Assembly (NCBI GenBank): GCA_951406725.2
Contig: OX597823.1
Span: 38,192,001 to 38,256,000, forward strand
Direction: 5' to 3'
DNA from: Octopus vulgaris
Taxonomy: Eukaryota
DNA length: 64,000 bases
The notes under the pieces are model-generated. The model saw nothing but the letters and a program-made list of their open reading frames with translations. It was not told the DNA's origin and made no database searches. Positions 13,916 to 27,515 of this stretch are shown in pieces; position 1 is the stretch's first letter, and each line of letters begins with the position of its first letter. The translations under genes were made by a program, and so were the position numbers.

Positions 13916-14780
13916 GCTGCATTGAATGAGAGTAAAAGATGATCAAGCAGGAGATAGAGGACATGTCATACTAAAAATATACATGCACATCATCAAAATC
14001 TCAACAAAAAAAGATAATGCATGAATAATTCAAAATATTGTGAATAAATAAGCATTATATTAGACAGAATAGGTATTAGAGAAGGTGACTGAAAATAACT
14101 GTATCCATCACCTTACAAGTCAACTGAAACACTGATGGGCTCAAATAAAAAAAATACCCTGTGTAGTATTTGTTCAACCCAAGTTTCACAGATAATCCCT
14201 TATTACTCATGTTTTGTGGAAACCTATAACTAATGATACAATTGTTTCTGAAATCCAACATAAAATAAAATAAATGTATAAATCTTCAGCTCTTGAATGT
14301 TTAAATTATGGTGAGTTGTCATCATAACCTCAGTATGAACAGACAACCATTAATGTATGTTTGGTAATGTAGCTTCATCTGCCATCTTATCATTCCTGTT
14401 ATCGTGATTGTGCAGTCTTCAGCCAGACAAAAAACTGAAAAATCAAGACGAAAGCTATCTTTGAAATAAAAATGAGTAAACAAAGGAAAGAAATTGCATC
14501 ATAATTGTATGGAATCAATGTTGTTGCCAGTTTTATGTGTAATATTGACTGAGTAACAACTATATATATATATAGGTATTGGTGTGAATATATTTAGGCA
14601 CTGTGGTGTAGCTTTATGTGTGTGTGCATGTAGATATATATATATGTATGTGTGTGTGTGTGTGTGTACACTCATAAATACATTCATACAGGCATACACA
14701 CACATATATATGTGTATGTTTGTATGTATGTATGTTTGTATGAATGTGTACATGCATGTAGTATATGTGTGTACATGCAT

Positions 14781-14822
<42 letters not shown>

Positions 14823-14833
<11 letters not shown>

Positions 14834-15102
14834 AAATTAGAGACAAAACCACTATTATGCAAATCAAACAAAGAAAGACTTAAGCCAATACATAAAATAT
14901 AAAATAATTTATATAAATTTGTTAAATTTTAATTTATATAAATTATTTTATATTTTATGTATTGGCTTAAGTCTTTCTTTGTTTGATTTGCATAATAGTG
15001 GTTTTGTCTCTAATTTATTATAATATAATATTTTATTATAAAATTGGATTCAATCTTAAATCTGATTTTTCCTTGTAAATTTGGATTTATTCCCTAATAT
15101 TT

Positions 15103-15110
<8 letters not shown>
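14823..15110. repeat. TA-flanked palindrome with 97-bp arms plus 3' tail
   Basis: Arms 14823-14919 and 14931-15027. Shares aatagtggttttgtctctaatt and a tttggattta tail motif with 59335-59610. Confidence 0.9.
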
Positions 15111-15151
<41 letters not shown>

Positions 15152-15155
<4 letters not shown>

Positions 15156-15620
15156 GGATATTTATGGGAGAAAGAGAGTCTTCTGAATGCCAACCGAACA
15201 GAGGGACCAGCTATTGGAATTGACAGTACCTTGGTAGATAAAGCAATTAAGGGTATGAAGACAGGGAAAGCCCCTGGCCCATCAGGAATCACCACAGAGA
15301 TGCTCAAAATATCTGGCGGTGTTGGCTATAGCCTAGTCACCCATATAGTCAACCAGGTGAGATGAAGGAGTTATACCCAATGTCTGGTGTAGCAGCACCA
15401 TAGTCAAATGCTACAAAAGTAAAGGTGACACTTTAGATACAAATAATTACAGACGTATCAAGTTGTTGGATCAATTAATGAAGGTCATGGAGAGGGTCAT
15501 AGCCCAACTAATTAGGGAGAGAGTCAGTTTAGATGAGATGCAGTTTGGGTTCATGCCAGGGAAAAGCACCACTGATGCTATATTTCTGGTAAGACAGCTG
15601 CAGGAGAAATATCTGACCAC
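15152..15620 (+). mobile_element. RTE-type LINE RT fragment
   Basis: KGMKTGKAPGPSGITTEMLK; MKVMERVI; EMQFGFMPGKSTTDAIFLVRQLQEKY. Confidence 0.9.
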
Positions 15621-16667
15621 TAATATATTTGTAAATGATTTTGAATTGTTTGCCAGGCATACTCACAATGGATGGAGATCAGAATATAAATGGGATGGTT
15701 AGGTAAAGGAGGAGAGAGATATAGATGGTGGCAAGTCCAGGGCATACTCTTGAGGTTCAAAGGTCATAATACAAGTGGCAGGATATTGCGAAAGGAGCAG
15801 GATTAGAGAGTGTGGAGGGGTGGGGAAGTGAGTGGTGAAAACCTGGGTATGTATAGTGTTGGGTGGGGGCTACTGGATAGCTATGATACAGAGAAATAGG
15901 GCTGCGAGGATAGGATTGGAAAGTGAGAGGTAGGAATAGTGTATGGAGGAGGAAATGTGAGGAAGAGAAGAGATGTAGAGATGTAGATTGGTTGTTGGGG
16001 TAGGGTGTGTGACAAGTTTTTTTGTTATATATGGATGGAACATACAGCTTGGTGGGGGTGGGGTAGTGGACAGCAATGATATGATACAGTGAGACAGAGC
16101 CAAGAGGACAGGATTGGGGTGTGGGAGGTAAGCATAATGCATGAAGTGGAAATGCGAGGAAGAGAAGAGATGTAGAGATATAGTTTGGTTTGTTGTGGTA
16201 GGGTGTGTGAAACGTTTTTTTGTTAAATGTGGGTGGGGCACACACCGCTTCTAGAACTCAGTTTTGGTGACATGGCAGGGTCTTCTCAAGAACCTCACAT
16301 TGCCAGACATCTTGGTCCATTGTCATTTCCTCTATGAGGCCCAATGTCCCTTGTCATTTCCTCTGCAATGCCCTACATCCTGAGATATGTATATATATAT
16401 AAGTAACAATAATACAGTCTTTCAAATATTTGGAGAATTCCTGAGTTGATAATTTCTGTTACCTAGGTGACCTAATAAATAATGGAATATGATCTTTAAA
16501 AAAAGCTTTGTAGCTAAGGTAAGGACAGAGTTGAAAAGTTTAGAGATCTATTACTTTTGCAGGCAGCAAAACATTTCTTTTTCTCCATGAAGGACAGTTC
16601 ATATAATGTTTCTTTAAGGAGCAATGATGTTGGAAGGGAGGTGGTGCAGTTAGTGAAATATGGACAT

Positions 16668-17106
16668 TAACCCTTTTGCTGCCATAATTCTTTTGAAATA
16701 CACTGCTTTTATTTCAATTAATTTTGAAAATAATGAAGAATTTAGTAAAATAACTTTGTCATAATTAAGCTGGTATTTTGAACATAAATTCTTTCTAGTT
16801 TTGGCTCAAGGCCAGCATTTTGAGGGGAGGGGGTAATTTGATTACATTGACTCCAGTACTTGACTGATATTTTATTTTTTGGGACCTTGAAAGGATGAAA
16901 GTCAAAGTAACCGTTGCAGAATTTGAACTCAGAATGTAAAGTGCTAAGCATTTTGTCTCACATGCTAATGTTTCTACCACTTCACCACCTGTTTAAGGCA
17001 TAAATTGACATGAAATTTTGATGGAAGTTTTTTAGATTACATTAAAGCAGAAAGTTGTGTCATAGAACTAAGGCAGTCTCAAACAAATTTGTATGGAAAA
17101 GATTAA
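16668..17106. mobile_element. TTAA-bounded MITE-like repeat interrupted by a SINE
   Basis: Ends ttaacccttt... and ...aaaagattaa. The nested SINE (~16791-16998) is flanked by duplicated cataaatt. A related copy lies at ~62530-63090. Confidence 0.55.
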
Positions 17107-17566
17107 ACATAAAGGATATATGGAGGCTGGAATTAAATGTGACCTGCACGCTTCAATGGATGTATAATATTAGCATGCGTGCCTGATGGAGAACAAATCA
17201 GCTGGAAGAAAAATATGTAGTGTGTAAGTGAGAAAACTGAGTCATTGTGGCCTTGTAATATGCATGGAGAAAACTGTTGGGTAAAGAAGTGTTAAGGGAT
17301 CAAACTGGAAAGGAACCTAAGGGAGGGGAAAATTAAAAGAAGCACGAGAAGTGGTAAAAGTTGATTTTAAGGTTTTAAGACCTCACAAGATAGATGACAG
17401 AAGACTGCAATGAAATGTGCTGGAAAAGATCCATCCGATCCATGCAAGTGTGGAAGCATGTTCATATAATGATGATGATGATAAGGAGGAGGAGGAGGAT
17501 GGTGACGATGACGATGACGACGATGATGATGATCATCACCATCACATACACGCACACACACACATA

Positions 17567-17773
17567 TAGGGTGCAACAGAAAACCCTATCACATTTTACT
17601 CAGTCATTTGTGTGGTGCTACGGAAGTTAGGCAGGTGCCTTCAGATTTCTAATGTTTAATAACTGTTTTTTTTCAGTTACCATCATGATTTTGACCAGTG
17701 CACATCATATGTTTGTCGTTGATAAACTTATCAAAAATAGTGAATATTTTTCTGGTTTTTTTTGCTGCACCTG
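17567..17773. mobile_element. Tc1/mariner-derived MITE
   Basis: Imperfect TIRs tagggtgcaacagaaaacc and ggttttttttgctgcacctg, with flanking TA. Confidence 0.55.
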
Positions 17774-18911
17774 TATCATTGTACACAGGTATGAAAGTAC
17801 ATATGCAATTATGTACATTTACACATTTTTACAAAATATAATTATATAAATTGTACATAAATTGTCATGCACAATTATTTGATAAACATACTTGTAGCCA
17901 TACCACACGCAGTGACCTTATAGTTAAACCATAGATCTCATTCGGCAGAATGAACCCAAGAACAGCTGGAATAGTTTGCATTGATTATTTTTGTCTTATC
18001 CAGTGTATCTAATTGTGTTTGTCCTACATAGAGTAAAAGCAGTTGAAAACTAGTTTTTAAAAATTCTAGGAATAACAGGTACTGATTCTACTCATTTATA
18101 TATTAGTACATTGGTTGGCAGTGTGTATTATATAATTACAGTTGTGAGATAGTTACATATCAGTACAGTTACTGAAGTGTGTATAATATAACCATAACAG
18201 TAAGACATGTTTATAGTACAGTTGCTGGAAGTGTAGTAAGACATACTTACATATCAGTACAGTCACTGGTAGTCATCATCATCATCCCCATCATCATTAT
18301 TGTCGTCATCATCATTGTTGTTGTCGTCGTCATCATCATTATCATTCAATGTCCTTCTTCCATGTTAGAGTAGGTTGGATGATTTGATAGGATCAAAGGA
18401 TTCTATTGTGCTGAGGGAAAGACTGGGCATGAGAGGAATCTGGTGTAGTGTGCAAAACAGAAGACTGCTGGTATGGACATGTAATGCATATGGATGAGCA
18501 CAACTGTGTAACGAAGTACCAAAGTACCAATCACTTCATGTGGATGGTGCTTATGGGCGGAGACTTAAAGCAGCATAGGATTTAGTGGTGAAAGCTCTTC
18601 TCGAGTCTTTGTATCATACAGACAAGATAAGCAAGGACTGGGATGACTGGCAATATATAGTTCTCAAGAAGACCTGCCTATCTTGACAAGACTGATTCAG
18701 GAAGCATAATATATATATACACAACTGGGTTCCCTGTCCAATTTCCTAGCTAAGACATTACCACCATCTATTATCTAACTACTGTATTCTGTTAATTTAA
18801 TTAAATGTGTGTAGAGCTGCAGGTTTCACCTGCTTTTCCTTGATATCACTTATCTTTTTCATGACTCAGAATCATTTCACTCAATATTCATTCTTTATTC
18901 TTAGTATGGCC

Positions 18912-19128
18912 TATTTCTTTACTACCCACAAGGGGACAAAAAAGGACAGACAAACGGATTAAGTCGATTACATCGACTCCAGTGCGTAACTGGTACTTAT
19001 TTAATCGACCCCAAAAGGATGAAAGGCAAAGTCGACCTCGGCAGAATTTGAACTCAGAACGTAACGGCAGACGAAATACTGCTAAGCATTTCGCCCGGCA
19101 CGCTAACGTTTCTGCCAGCTCGCCGCCT
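18912..19128 (-). mobile_element. tRNA-derived SINE family A (Meta-domain-like core), young copy
   Basis: Minus strand ggcggcgagctggcagaaacgttagc...gagttcaaattctgccgaggtcgactttgcctttcatccttttggggtcg. Further copies at ~1-107, 9600-9995, 11050-11210, 11510-11615, 16791-16998, 40108-40505, 50775-50995, 54793-55003, 55675-56500, 56703-56910, 62120-62218 and 63383-63592. Confidence 0.85.
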
Positions 19129-20355
19129 TTGTACTGCCTTCTCCACCTTCATTTTACATTGACCCCTTTTATGCCACAAAATTATCTCTACTTCTCCACT
19201 ATTCATCTGCCCCTTCTCTTATTCACTAAAGCATGCTTTTCCTCTTATCACACACTTACAACCTACCCAATCTCACATCCCTCTCTCTCTCTCTCTCTCT
19301 CTTACCATTCCTCTATCAGCTGTATCATTATTACTGTTCTGCTGCTCTTCAACCTTTGCTACACTGCCAGTCATCTCCTGCTCTCCCTTACCTTCCATCA
19401 ACTCATATGTATTATTGATTATCTTAGCCTGCCCATATCCACTAGTCACCACATCCACCCCTCAACACTACCTAATCTTTACAGTTCTCACCTACTCGTC
19501 CCTACCTTCACCCCAATGTCTACTTATCCTTCAACACTTGTTCTTCATTCATTATATTCACCCCATCACATATTCCTCATCTCTAACCATCTCTCACTTT
19601 CTTCCTACACTCTTACAACCTCTACCCATCCACACTCTCTTCTTTTGTTCTTACTCTTACTCCTTTTGTACTCTTACCCTCTCTTCCATAGACGAGATGG
19701 TGAGAGTGTTAAGTTATGTAGCTTTTCTATGATAAGAATCCCCCCCCCCCGGTTTGTTCTGGCCCCTTCTTCATACTTTAACTTCTATTCTCCTAGCATA
19801 AAACATTTTCCATCACTATTGTAGTTAAACTCAATCAAAGGGGATCATCGTCTTGAAAGCTGCACAGCAACCTCAATTGCATGGGCCCATGATAAAAGCA
19901 CCCAGGACATGCTCTAAAGTGGTTAGGAAGGGCAGTCAGCTGTAGAAACCATGCTAAAGTAGACGTTGGAACTTGATGTCAGTACTCTGACCAGTCAAAT
20001 TCTGTCAAGCTGTCCAACCCATGCGAGCTTTGAACATGGATGTTAAATGATGATGATAATGTTGATAACACTGACAAGACCATCACTGATGATGATGACA
20101 ATGATGATGACAGAGTGCAATATTATTTTGTAGCCTCTTTTTATTAGTACTGTAATTCTAAGCTACTTCCTCTCTCTGTAAGAGTATTCAAACAAACATT
20201 TTTGAAAGTTGGCAATAACCAGTTGAAACTTGTTGAACCATTCCTGGGTTTGACCAGTAGAGAAAACCAAAATGCATTATCCATTAAGTTTATTTATATA
20301 GCAAAGCTGAGTGTAGATTTATTAATGTACACATGTGAACTTATGTGTTTGTGTG

Positions 20356-20394
<39 letters not shown>

Positions 20395-20396
<2 letters not shown>

Positions 20397-20553
20397 TTTT
20401 TTCTCTCCTTGTTTCTTTCTGTGTTCCTTTCTGTGGAAGAGCGTAGGCTGGAAACATTAAAGACTTTTTCAATTCCCGAGCGTTATACTAATACATGTTT
20501 GTTTTCTACATCACCTGTCTTCGTCTTTTGCTTGTTATTTTCGTGAATCCTCC

Positions 20554-20556
<3 letters not shown>
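20395..20556 (+). mobile_element. TA-flanked repeat (probable Penelope-like pLTR) with minimal HHR-like motif
   Basis: Second copy at 59118-59282. Motif cttt-CTGTGGA-a-gagc-gtag-gctg-GAAA-catt-aaag at 20427-20462. Confidence 0.6.
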
Positions 20557-20599
<43 letters not shown>

Positions 20600-20604
20600 G
20601 TATG

Positions 20605-20965
20605 TAAATTTAAAGTCTGTGCCAAGTCTTCATTTAAGGCCTGTGATATGCAGAAGACTGACAGGGAGAACTATGCACCATAGATGGAGGAAGCTGGTCA
20701 AGGAGGAGGTTGACACTTTTGAGAGAGCACACATATTCTACATGAAGAACTTAAGTATGCTGCTCGAAAGTGCACTGCTGGTGTAGTGAATGGGGAAAGC
20801 TTGGTTTGCAATGTTTGCAGTTGTGTATGCTTGTCAAGAGTAGGGCTCATTAGCCACCAACAAAGCCACAAATGCAAAATATAAGTTAGTCCTAGAGCAC
20901 ACTATGTTCTTGAAGGTCAGCAATGGTCTTCCTTGGTCATGAGTGGGCGACCATCATCATCATCA
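20605..20965 (+). mobile_element. RTE/BovB-like LINE 3' end
   Basis: C-terminal C2H2-like CNVCSCVCLSRVGLISHQQSH, followed by a (CAT)n tail. Confidence 0.7.
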
Positions 20966-21490
20966 TATATATATTTTCCCAGATTCTGTACCATATGTAA
21001 TATATATACACCCCTGAACTGGATATTGGTCTGTCAGGATTATTCATTTCTCCCAACAGAGTGAACTTGAGCAAGATAAAATGAAATGTCTTACTCAAGA
21101 ACAAATGTAAACACACACACAGACACACACACATATTAGGTGCAAGAATGATTGTGTGGTTGAGAAGTTTGCATCCCAACTGCATGGTTCCTTGGGCAAG
21201 TGTTTTCTAATATAGCCCTAGGCCAATCAAAGATTTGTGACTGAATCTGGTAGAAGGAAATTGCAGCGTTGTTCATCAGAAAATGGCTGGAAAACATGTT
21301 TAATAAAGAAGAGTTGTTTACTTCATACTCCTCATGAGTCGATTCTACCCATAAGAAAGGAACAAATAATACAAAGTAGTTGTAGGTCATAACATCTGGG
21401 CAACACCGGGGTGCATTGCCAGTATATATATATGTTTAAATATACTTGTAGATATATGTATTTATATATACAGACACGTGTGTGTGTGTA

Positions 21491-21530
<40 letters not shown>

Positions 21531-22168
21531 CACACACACATACACAAATATACACACACATGCTTATGCCTATACCATGCACATACAATCTTGTAATAAC
21601 ACAAAATTAGTGATATGTATATTAAAGTAAAAAGCTTTTATATTTTCATAATTATGAAGTGAATTCTAGAAGAATTGATTATATTTCTAAATCGGACAAT
21701 TCTACAGACTGTTTCAAGTGGTGTATATCAATACTACAATCACATCATTAATATATTCTGCTTATTTGTCTCTCTCACCTCCTCTTTCCCCACCACAGTG
21801 CCAACCTCATTTTTTTTCCTTTTCCTTTTTCTCTAGGTTTATCTTGGGTTGCATTGAAATGCAGAAGATGTGTGTCTGATGCAAATTTATCTTTTAAGCA
21901 TATTTATCTATGTTTGATTTTAAGACTTTTCTTTCCTCATTAGTATATGTATGCATATGGCCATGTATTTGAATGCGTGTGTGTGTGTATATATATATAT
22001 ATGCTTGCACAATTAAATACATAGGTACATATATATATATATATACACACACACTAATACACATGCACACACACACACACACACACATATAAATGCATAT
22101 ATATATATATATAAACATAATACATGTATGCATGCATACATGCATATATATGTGTGTGTGTATATATA

Positions 22169-22665
22169 CAGGGGTTGCACAAAATAATGGAAACACCTTA
22201 AAATTTCAAACAAATTTATTTTAATATTGGGTAGGACTGCTTTGGCAGTAATTACAGTTTGAAGTCTTTGAGGTATGACTTGTACAAAGTTTGAATTGTT
22301 TCCAAAGGAATTTTTGTCCATTCTTCAGCTAAAACAGTCTCCCGCTCTGGTAGTGATGACTGTGGAGGATATCGACTCCTTACTTGTTTTTCTAAAATGA
22401 TCAATAAATGTTCAATAATATTGAGATCTGGGGACTGTGGTGGCCAAATAAGAAGTTCACCTTCACTAGAATGTTCCTTATGCCATTCGGTAACAACTCT
22501 AGCTGTGTGAATTGGTGCATTATCATCCTGAAAGATTGCATTTCCCTCCGAAAACAGTTCCGCAACCATAGGATGAATTTGATTAGATAAAATGCTTAAA
22601 TAGTCTCGACTATTAATTCTACCATGAAGAGAAACCATTGGGCTGGCGAATTTCCAAGATATAGC
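22169..22665 (-). mobile_element. Tc1-like (DD34E) transposon 3' half
   Basis: IFQDDNAPIHTAR...WPPQSPDLNIIEHL. TIR-like end TA-caggggttgcacaaaataatggaaacac at 22167-22196. Confidence 0.9.
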
Positions 22666-22959
22666 CCCCCCCCCTTTTATACCCTCTTATATCTCTCAAA
22701 CAGGTGCTCTGATGAATGTCAGATATAGTTAAAGGTACCTCATATATAAATATTTAGACATATAATACTTAAACTGCTGTATGTAACCATCCTATTCTCA
22801 TACTCACTTGTTGTCTCTTGCTCTAGATGTTGGTTGGGGTGGGGAGAAACAGTGTACCAAAGTTCTATGCTTGCTGGCAAGTGTTTTCGCAGATATTCTT
22901 CATTTCAGGTGATGACAAAATTTCCACAACTATTTTGCTATCACCACTCCCAAGTACTA

Positions 22960-23597
22960 AATCTCAGTGTCGCTACTATCAATATTGGCACAATGAAAGG
23001 AAGGAGCAGGGAGATGATTGAAATGCTGGAGCAATGCCATGTTGATGTGTGTAGTGTGCAAGAAATAAGATGGAGTGGAGCCTCAGCTAGATTCCTCATG
23101 GGTAAGAGACAGAGATTCAAATTCTTCTGGATCAGCAGGGAAGATGGAGTAGGTAGTGTAAGCATACCGTTAGCAGAAAAATGGGCAGATAAGGTAATTG
23201 AGGTAGTCAGAGTATGTGATAGGGTAATTACGAAGAGACTTATCATAGGTAAATTAACAGTTACATTTATCTCTGCCTATGGTCCTCAGTTTAGGCTGAG
23301 TGGAAAGACCAATTTTATGAGCCCCTTTTGCAGACCACCTTAAAAAAATGACAGAAATTTGTTATTGTGGCTGGTAACTTCAATGGACAAGTTGGACTGC
23401 ATCCCCATGGATTCCAGGGAGTGCATGGGCTCTGTGGGTTTGGACCTAGAAATAAGGAGGGAACAAGACTGCTGAAGTTCTGTGATGCAAATGATCTCAT
23501 GATCTGCAACACTAACTTAAAAAAAACAGCCAGCCACCTAATCATTTATCAGTCTGGTGAGCACAGAAGCCAGATTGACTACCTCCTCACCAGGCAA
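22960..23597 (+). mobile_element. LINE apurinic-like endonuclease domain (RTE-type)
   Basis: ATINIGTMKG; VDVCSVQEIRW; ISAYGPQ; AGNFNGQVG; GFGPRNKEG; SQIDYLL. Confidence 0.9.
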
Positions 23598-23599
23598 CA

Positions 23600-23873
23600 C
23601 GAGAATTGTTTTGGCTGCCATTTTCCCAACAGAAAACAGAATTTCATAGAAGCATGCTGTGACTTCATTTCAGCCATCGCAAAAATCAACGAACAGGTGA
23701 GAAACATTGCAAAACAAAGGTGCACCACATGGCAGTATGACTTCACTCGATGCTGCTGGCTGGCACACTGATGCCTGGGGGTCACATCAAATGGCTTCTC
23801 GTGGTAGAAGCCTGAACTACAATAGACTTGTCCTACAGAGAACATTTCAGGTTACTTTTGGGTATCCCCTCTT
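23600..23873 (-). mobile_element. mariner 5' end fragment
   Basis: TIR at ~23848-23872. N-terminus MAEMKSQHASMKFCFLLGK starts at 23677. Confidence 0.7.
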
Positions 23874-24089
23874 ATATATATACTCCCCACTTATGTGTGT
23901 GCGCATGTGTGTGTGTGTGCGCGTGTGTGTGTATGTGTGTGTATGTATGTGTGTGTGTGTGTGTGTGCGTGTGTGTGTGTGTGAATAATAATATAACATG
24001 AGGATAGAAGTTACATATGTATAAACACACACACATCATCATCATCATCATCATCTACATATCTATAAATAAATATATACAAATATATA

Positions 24090-24205
24090 CAAGGGGGTAC
24101 CCAAAAGAAACCGGAATTTTGCAGTATTACTTTATTCACTTCGTTTTACATGTTTACACTTTTATTGCCTTCAAAGTATTCTCCAGTTGAAGCAGTGCAC
24201 CAGTT
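24090..24205 (-). mobile_element. mariner 3' end fragment
   Basis: TIR TA-caagggggtacccaaaagaaaccggaat. Minus strand encodes CTASTGEYFEGNK, a mariner C-terminus. Confidence 0.7.
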
Positions 24206-25952
24206 CAGCAATGTGAATCATGATATATGTTTCTGCACTCCACATCAACTTTAAGTTGCTGGGTTCATATTCATATAGCATTATGTAAGATTACTCTTAA
24301 TAATTACTATGTATTTGAATATTGTTCAGCAACAGCTGTCTGTGGGTGCTTCATTGGGTGAAGTCCAATTAAGAACTGCTTAATTTTTCTGAATTTACCA
24401 TGTACAATACTTTCCATCTATCAAATAATTACATTCCAGTGGTAGGTGGTGTTTATGAATAACAAACTGAAAAACTCATCACATTAATGGCAACAACAAT
24501 AACTGTGTAACAGTTAATAAAATGGTTAATATTTTCTTCAGACTTTGCTTTTGTTACATTTATTCAAATCCCAAAGAATTTCTCTCAACACATGGCTATT
24601 ATACTCCCCCACAATTCCTGCTAATGATCAAAGATGCATATATTGTCAGCCACTGAGGGATATGCTCAAGTGGTTAAGGTCAAGCAAGTGACATGTATAT
24701 TTGTAGTATTGAGCAGAATATTTGCTAAAACGATATTTCTGCTTCAGCAACTCAGTACTTAATCTGTCTGAATTGTAATGGAAAATAAGTCAGTTTCAAA
24801 AGATTGATCTACAGGTCACAAAAGCAAAGTTTGAAGGGAATAGTAGTAATTTCATTTGATTTCTATATAGAATCAAATAGGAAATAACACTTACTGAACA
24901 AAGACAAAAATAAATAAATAAAAATTTTGTTACACAGTGTAATACTGACAATAACTAAGACAATGTGTCCTTACAATAACTAAGACAATGTGTCCTTCAT
25001 GTTACCTACTGTGGTGAAGAAAGAGAAAGCAACAAAGTAAAAAAAACTTATTTAAATGATAATATTGATCAAGTGAATAGTAGAGATAAAAACAAAAACA
25101 AAAACAAAATATGATTAAAACTTAGGATGACTTTTTATGCATGTAAGAAGAAGTATGTTAACAGGCCTAAAACGAATAAAGCTTTCAAGTAATCCTTTGA
25201 GATTTATGTTATTTTTTATGACCCACAATGTCTTTTGATTTCTTTCTCATCATCGTCATGCTACACTTGCTTTTACTAAGTCAACCTTACTTCATGTTTT
25301 GACCTCCTTTGCCTATTTCATTACACGACTTTTTAATTTATTATTTTTTGCTTTCCAAATGTTAAAAAGTTTTACTGGTTACCCTAATATACTTCCTCCT
25401 AAAATAATGTTATCCAGTTTAGCTGCTCTTTCTAGTAAAACCTTAAACCTCCCCTAGATTGTTTCTCTCTTGTGATTTGACACTTTGTGTATGTATTCAT
25501 GATCATTGGTGATCCCAATCGACATTTATGAATGAATTACAACCTGTTATTTAAAACTTACTAACCTATATACTTACTGGCTTAAACATACATTACGAGG
25601 TTTTTACTCAAAACACACTAAGCATGTATATATATCATAATGGGGAAGGCTGGTTTCTGGGGTTACCCTGGGTTTCTCGCTCACAAGGAGTTTAGCCTTA
25701 CAATGTATCTTCAGACCCCAATCATATAGTTATGAATGTATAGCTGCAGGCACACTGTGTGGTTGAAAAGCTTGCTACTTAACCACATGGTCTTGGGTTC
25801 AATCTCATTGCATAGCATCTTGGGCAAATGTCTTCTACTAAAGCCTTTGAATTGCCAAAGCCTTCACAGTGGGTTTCATAGTACACACACACACACACAC
25901 ACACACATACAAGGAAGTTATTTTATTGCATATGAGTAGAAATATAGAAAAC

Positions 25953-27114
25953 AAGAAGTTGAAAATGCACTGGGAGTGTTTTAGATGGTTTATTTTTAAG
26001 GCTTAACTTGTTTCACAGATTTTTTTGATTTTTAAAAATTAAGTGAGATAGAAAAATATGGGGCTATGCTGCAACTGTCTTGCTTCTGAATAGTGTTTGA
26101 AAATTTTCTTGTTTTTATTGAGAGGACATAGCTCAAATTAGTATTTGTTTAGAATACAATTTGATTGGCAGAGGAAGATCACACGATTAAAGTTCCCTAC
26201 TATGTCGGTGCATTAATGTCATGTGACAATATTTTTTTGTGCCACACCAACAGTTAAAAAGTATGATTGCTCTAAATGCGGACTTGCATTAACCTCATTG
26301 AAGACAAAACATATAGATTTAAATTAGAACAGATTCTTACTATGAAATATCATTTTACCTGTTCACCAAAAACTTCATCGTCAATAAATACAAGACCCTA
26401 GTACCAGACAGATTCCACTGAGTCTGCACATAGGCATATGTGCAAAAAGTAAGTCCCCCAGATTAAAAATCTTCCCACTTTACCATTTTTCAGTCAATAC
26501 CATAGATCAAACATGAATAAATAAAAAATAATAATCATGCAAAATTTCAAACCACAACTGAATAAACTTTAACAATTTGCATTCACCAACAACTACTCAC
26601 ACACAAACTCATTCTGCCACTTGATATGTTGAATTTTTTCACAACTAACAATGTAAACTTTGGGCACAGTCATGACATTTTCTCGCATGACACTAATGCA
26701 TGAATTTAGTGGAGAACAAAATTTTAAGCCAACCTACATACCTACATACACAGAAATCATATTCATAGAAACAACTAGTGTCTAGTTACTACTTGACTGA
26801 TTACATTTAGAGGGTCTCAATTGTTTAGGACTGTCTCTAGATATGTTCACTCAACTGTATCAGCCTTAATTTTCAAAAAATATTGTCACATGACATTAAC
26901 ACAAACAATTTCTAAGCCTAATCACTTGATCATCCTCTGCAAATCAGATTGTATCCTGAATGGATACTAATTTGAGCCATGTTCTCTCCATAAAAACCAG
27001 AGAATTTTTGAACTCTAGTCAAAAGCAAGACATTTGCAACAAAGCTGCATGTCTTTCTACCTCGTTTTTGAAAATAAACCATCTAAAAGATCCCCAGTGC
27101 ATTTTCAACTTCTT
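25953..27114 (+). mobile_element. Old Penelope-like element: GIY-YIG remnant between inverted arms
   Basis: Diverged inverted arms 25953-26237 and 26875-27114. Internal peptide traces CSKCG, KYHFTCSPKT and QNFKPQLNK. Confidence 0.6.
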
Positions 27115-27338
27115 TTTTTCTCCCTGATACACATATTAATCAAAGTGTACAGTACAATCAATTCTACAATTCACTTTCACACTGGGGATTCAACCAGATG
27201 TTAGATAACAGTCTGATTATGTAACCTTGTGTTCATCAGAGTTGACAGTTACAGAAGAGAATATGGTGATTACACTCTGTTATACATAGATAAATATATG
27301 TAGATACATATACATACATTCATACATTCATATATATA

Positions 27339-27403
<65 letters not shown>

Positions 27404-27515
27404 CATCATTGACATCATCATCATTTAGCCTCTATGGTTTGGATGGCTTGACAGGAAATGGCTGCATTGAGTTTCATGGTCTGTTGTATATGTGTATATA
27501 TATACATATATGAAG

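Noticed and set aside
18982-19824. 280-aa ORF
   Set aside because: It begins in an antisense SINE and runs through CT-rich low-complexity DNA, with no recognisable domain.
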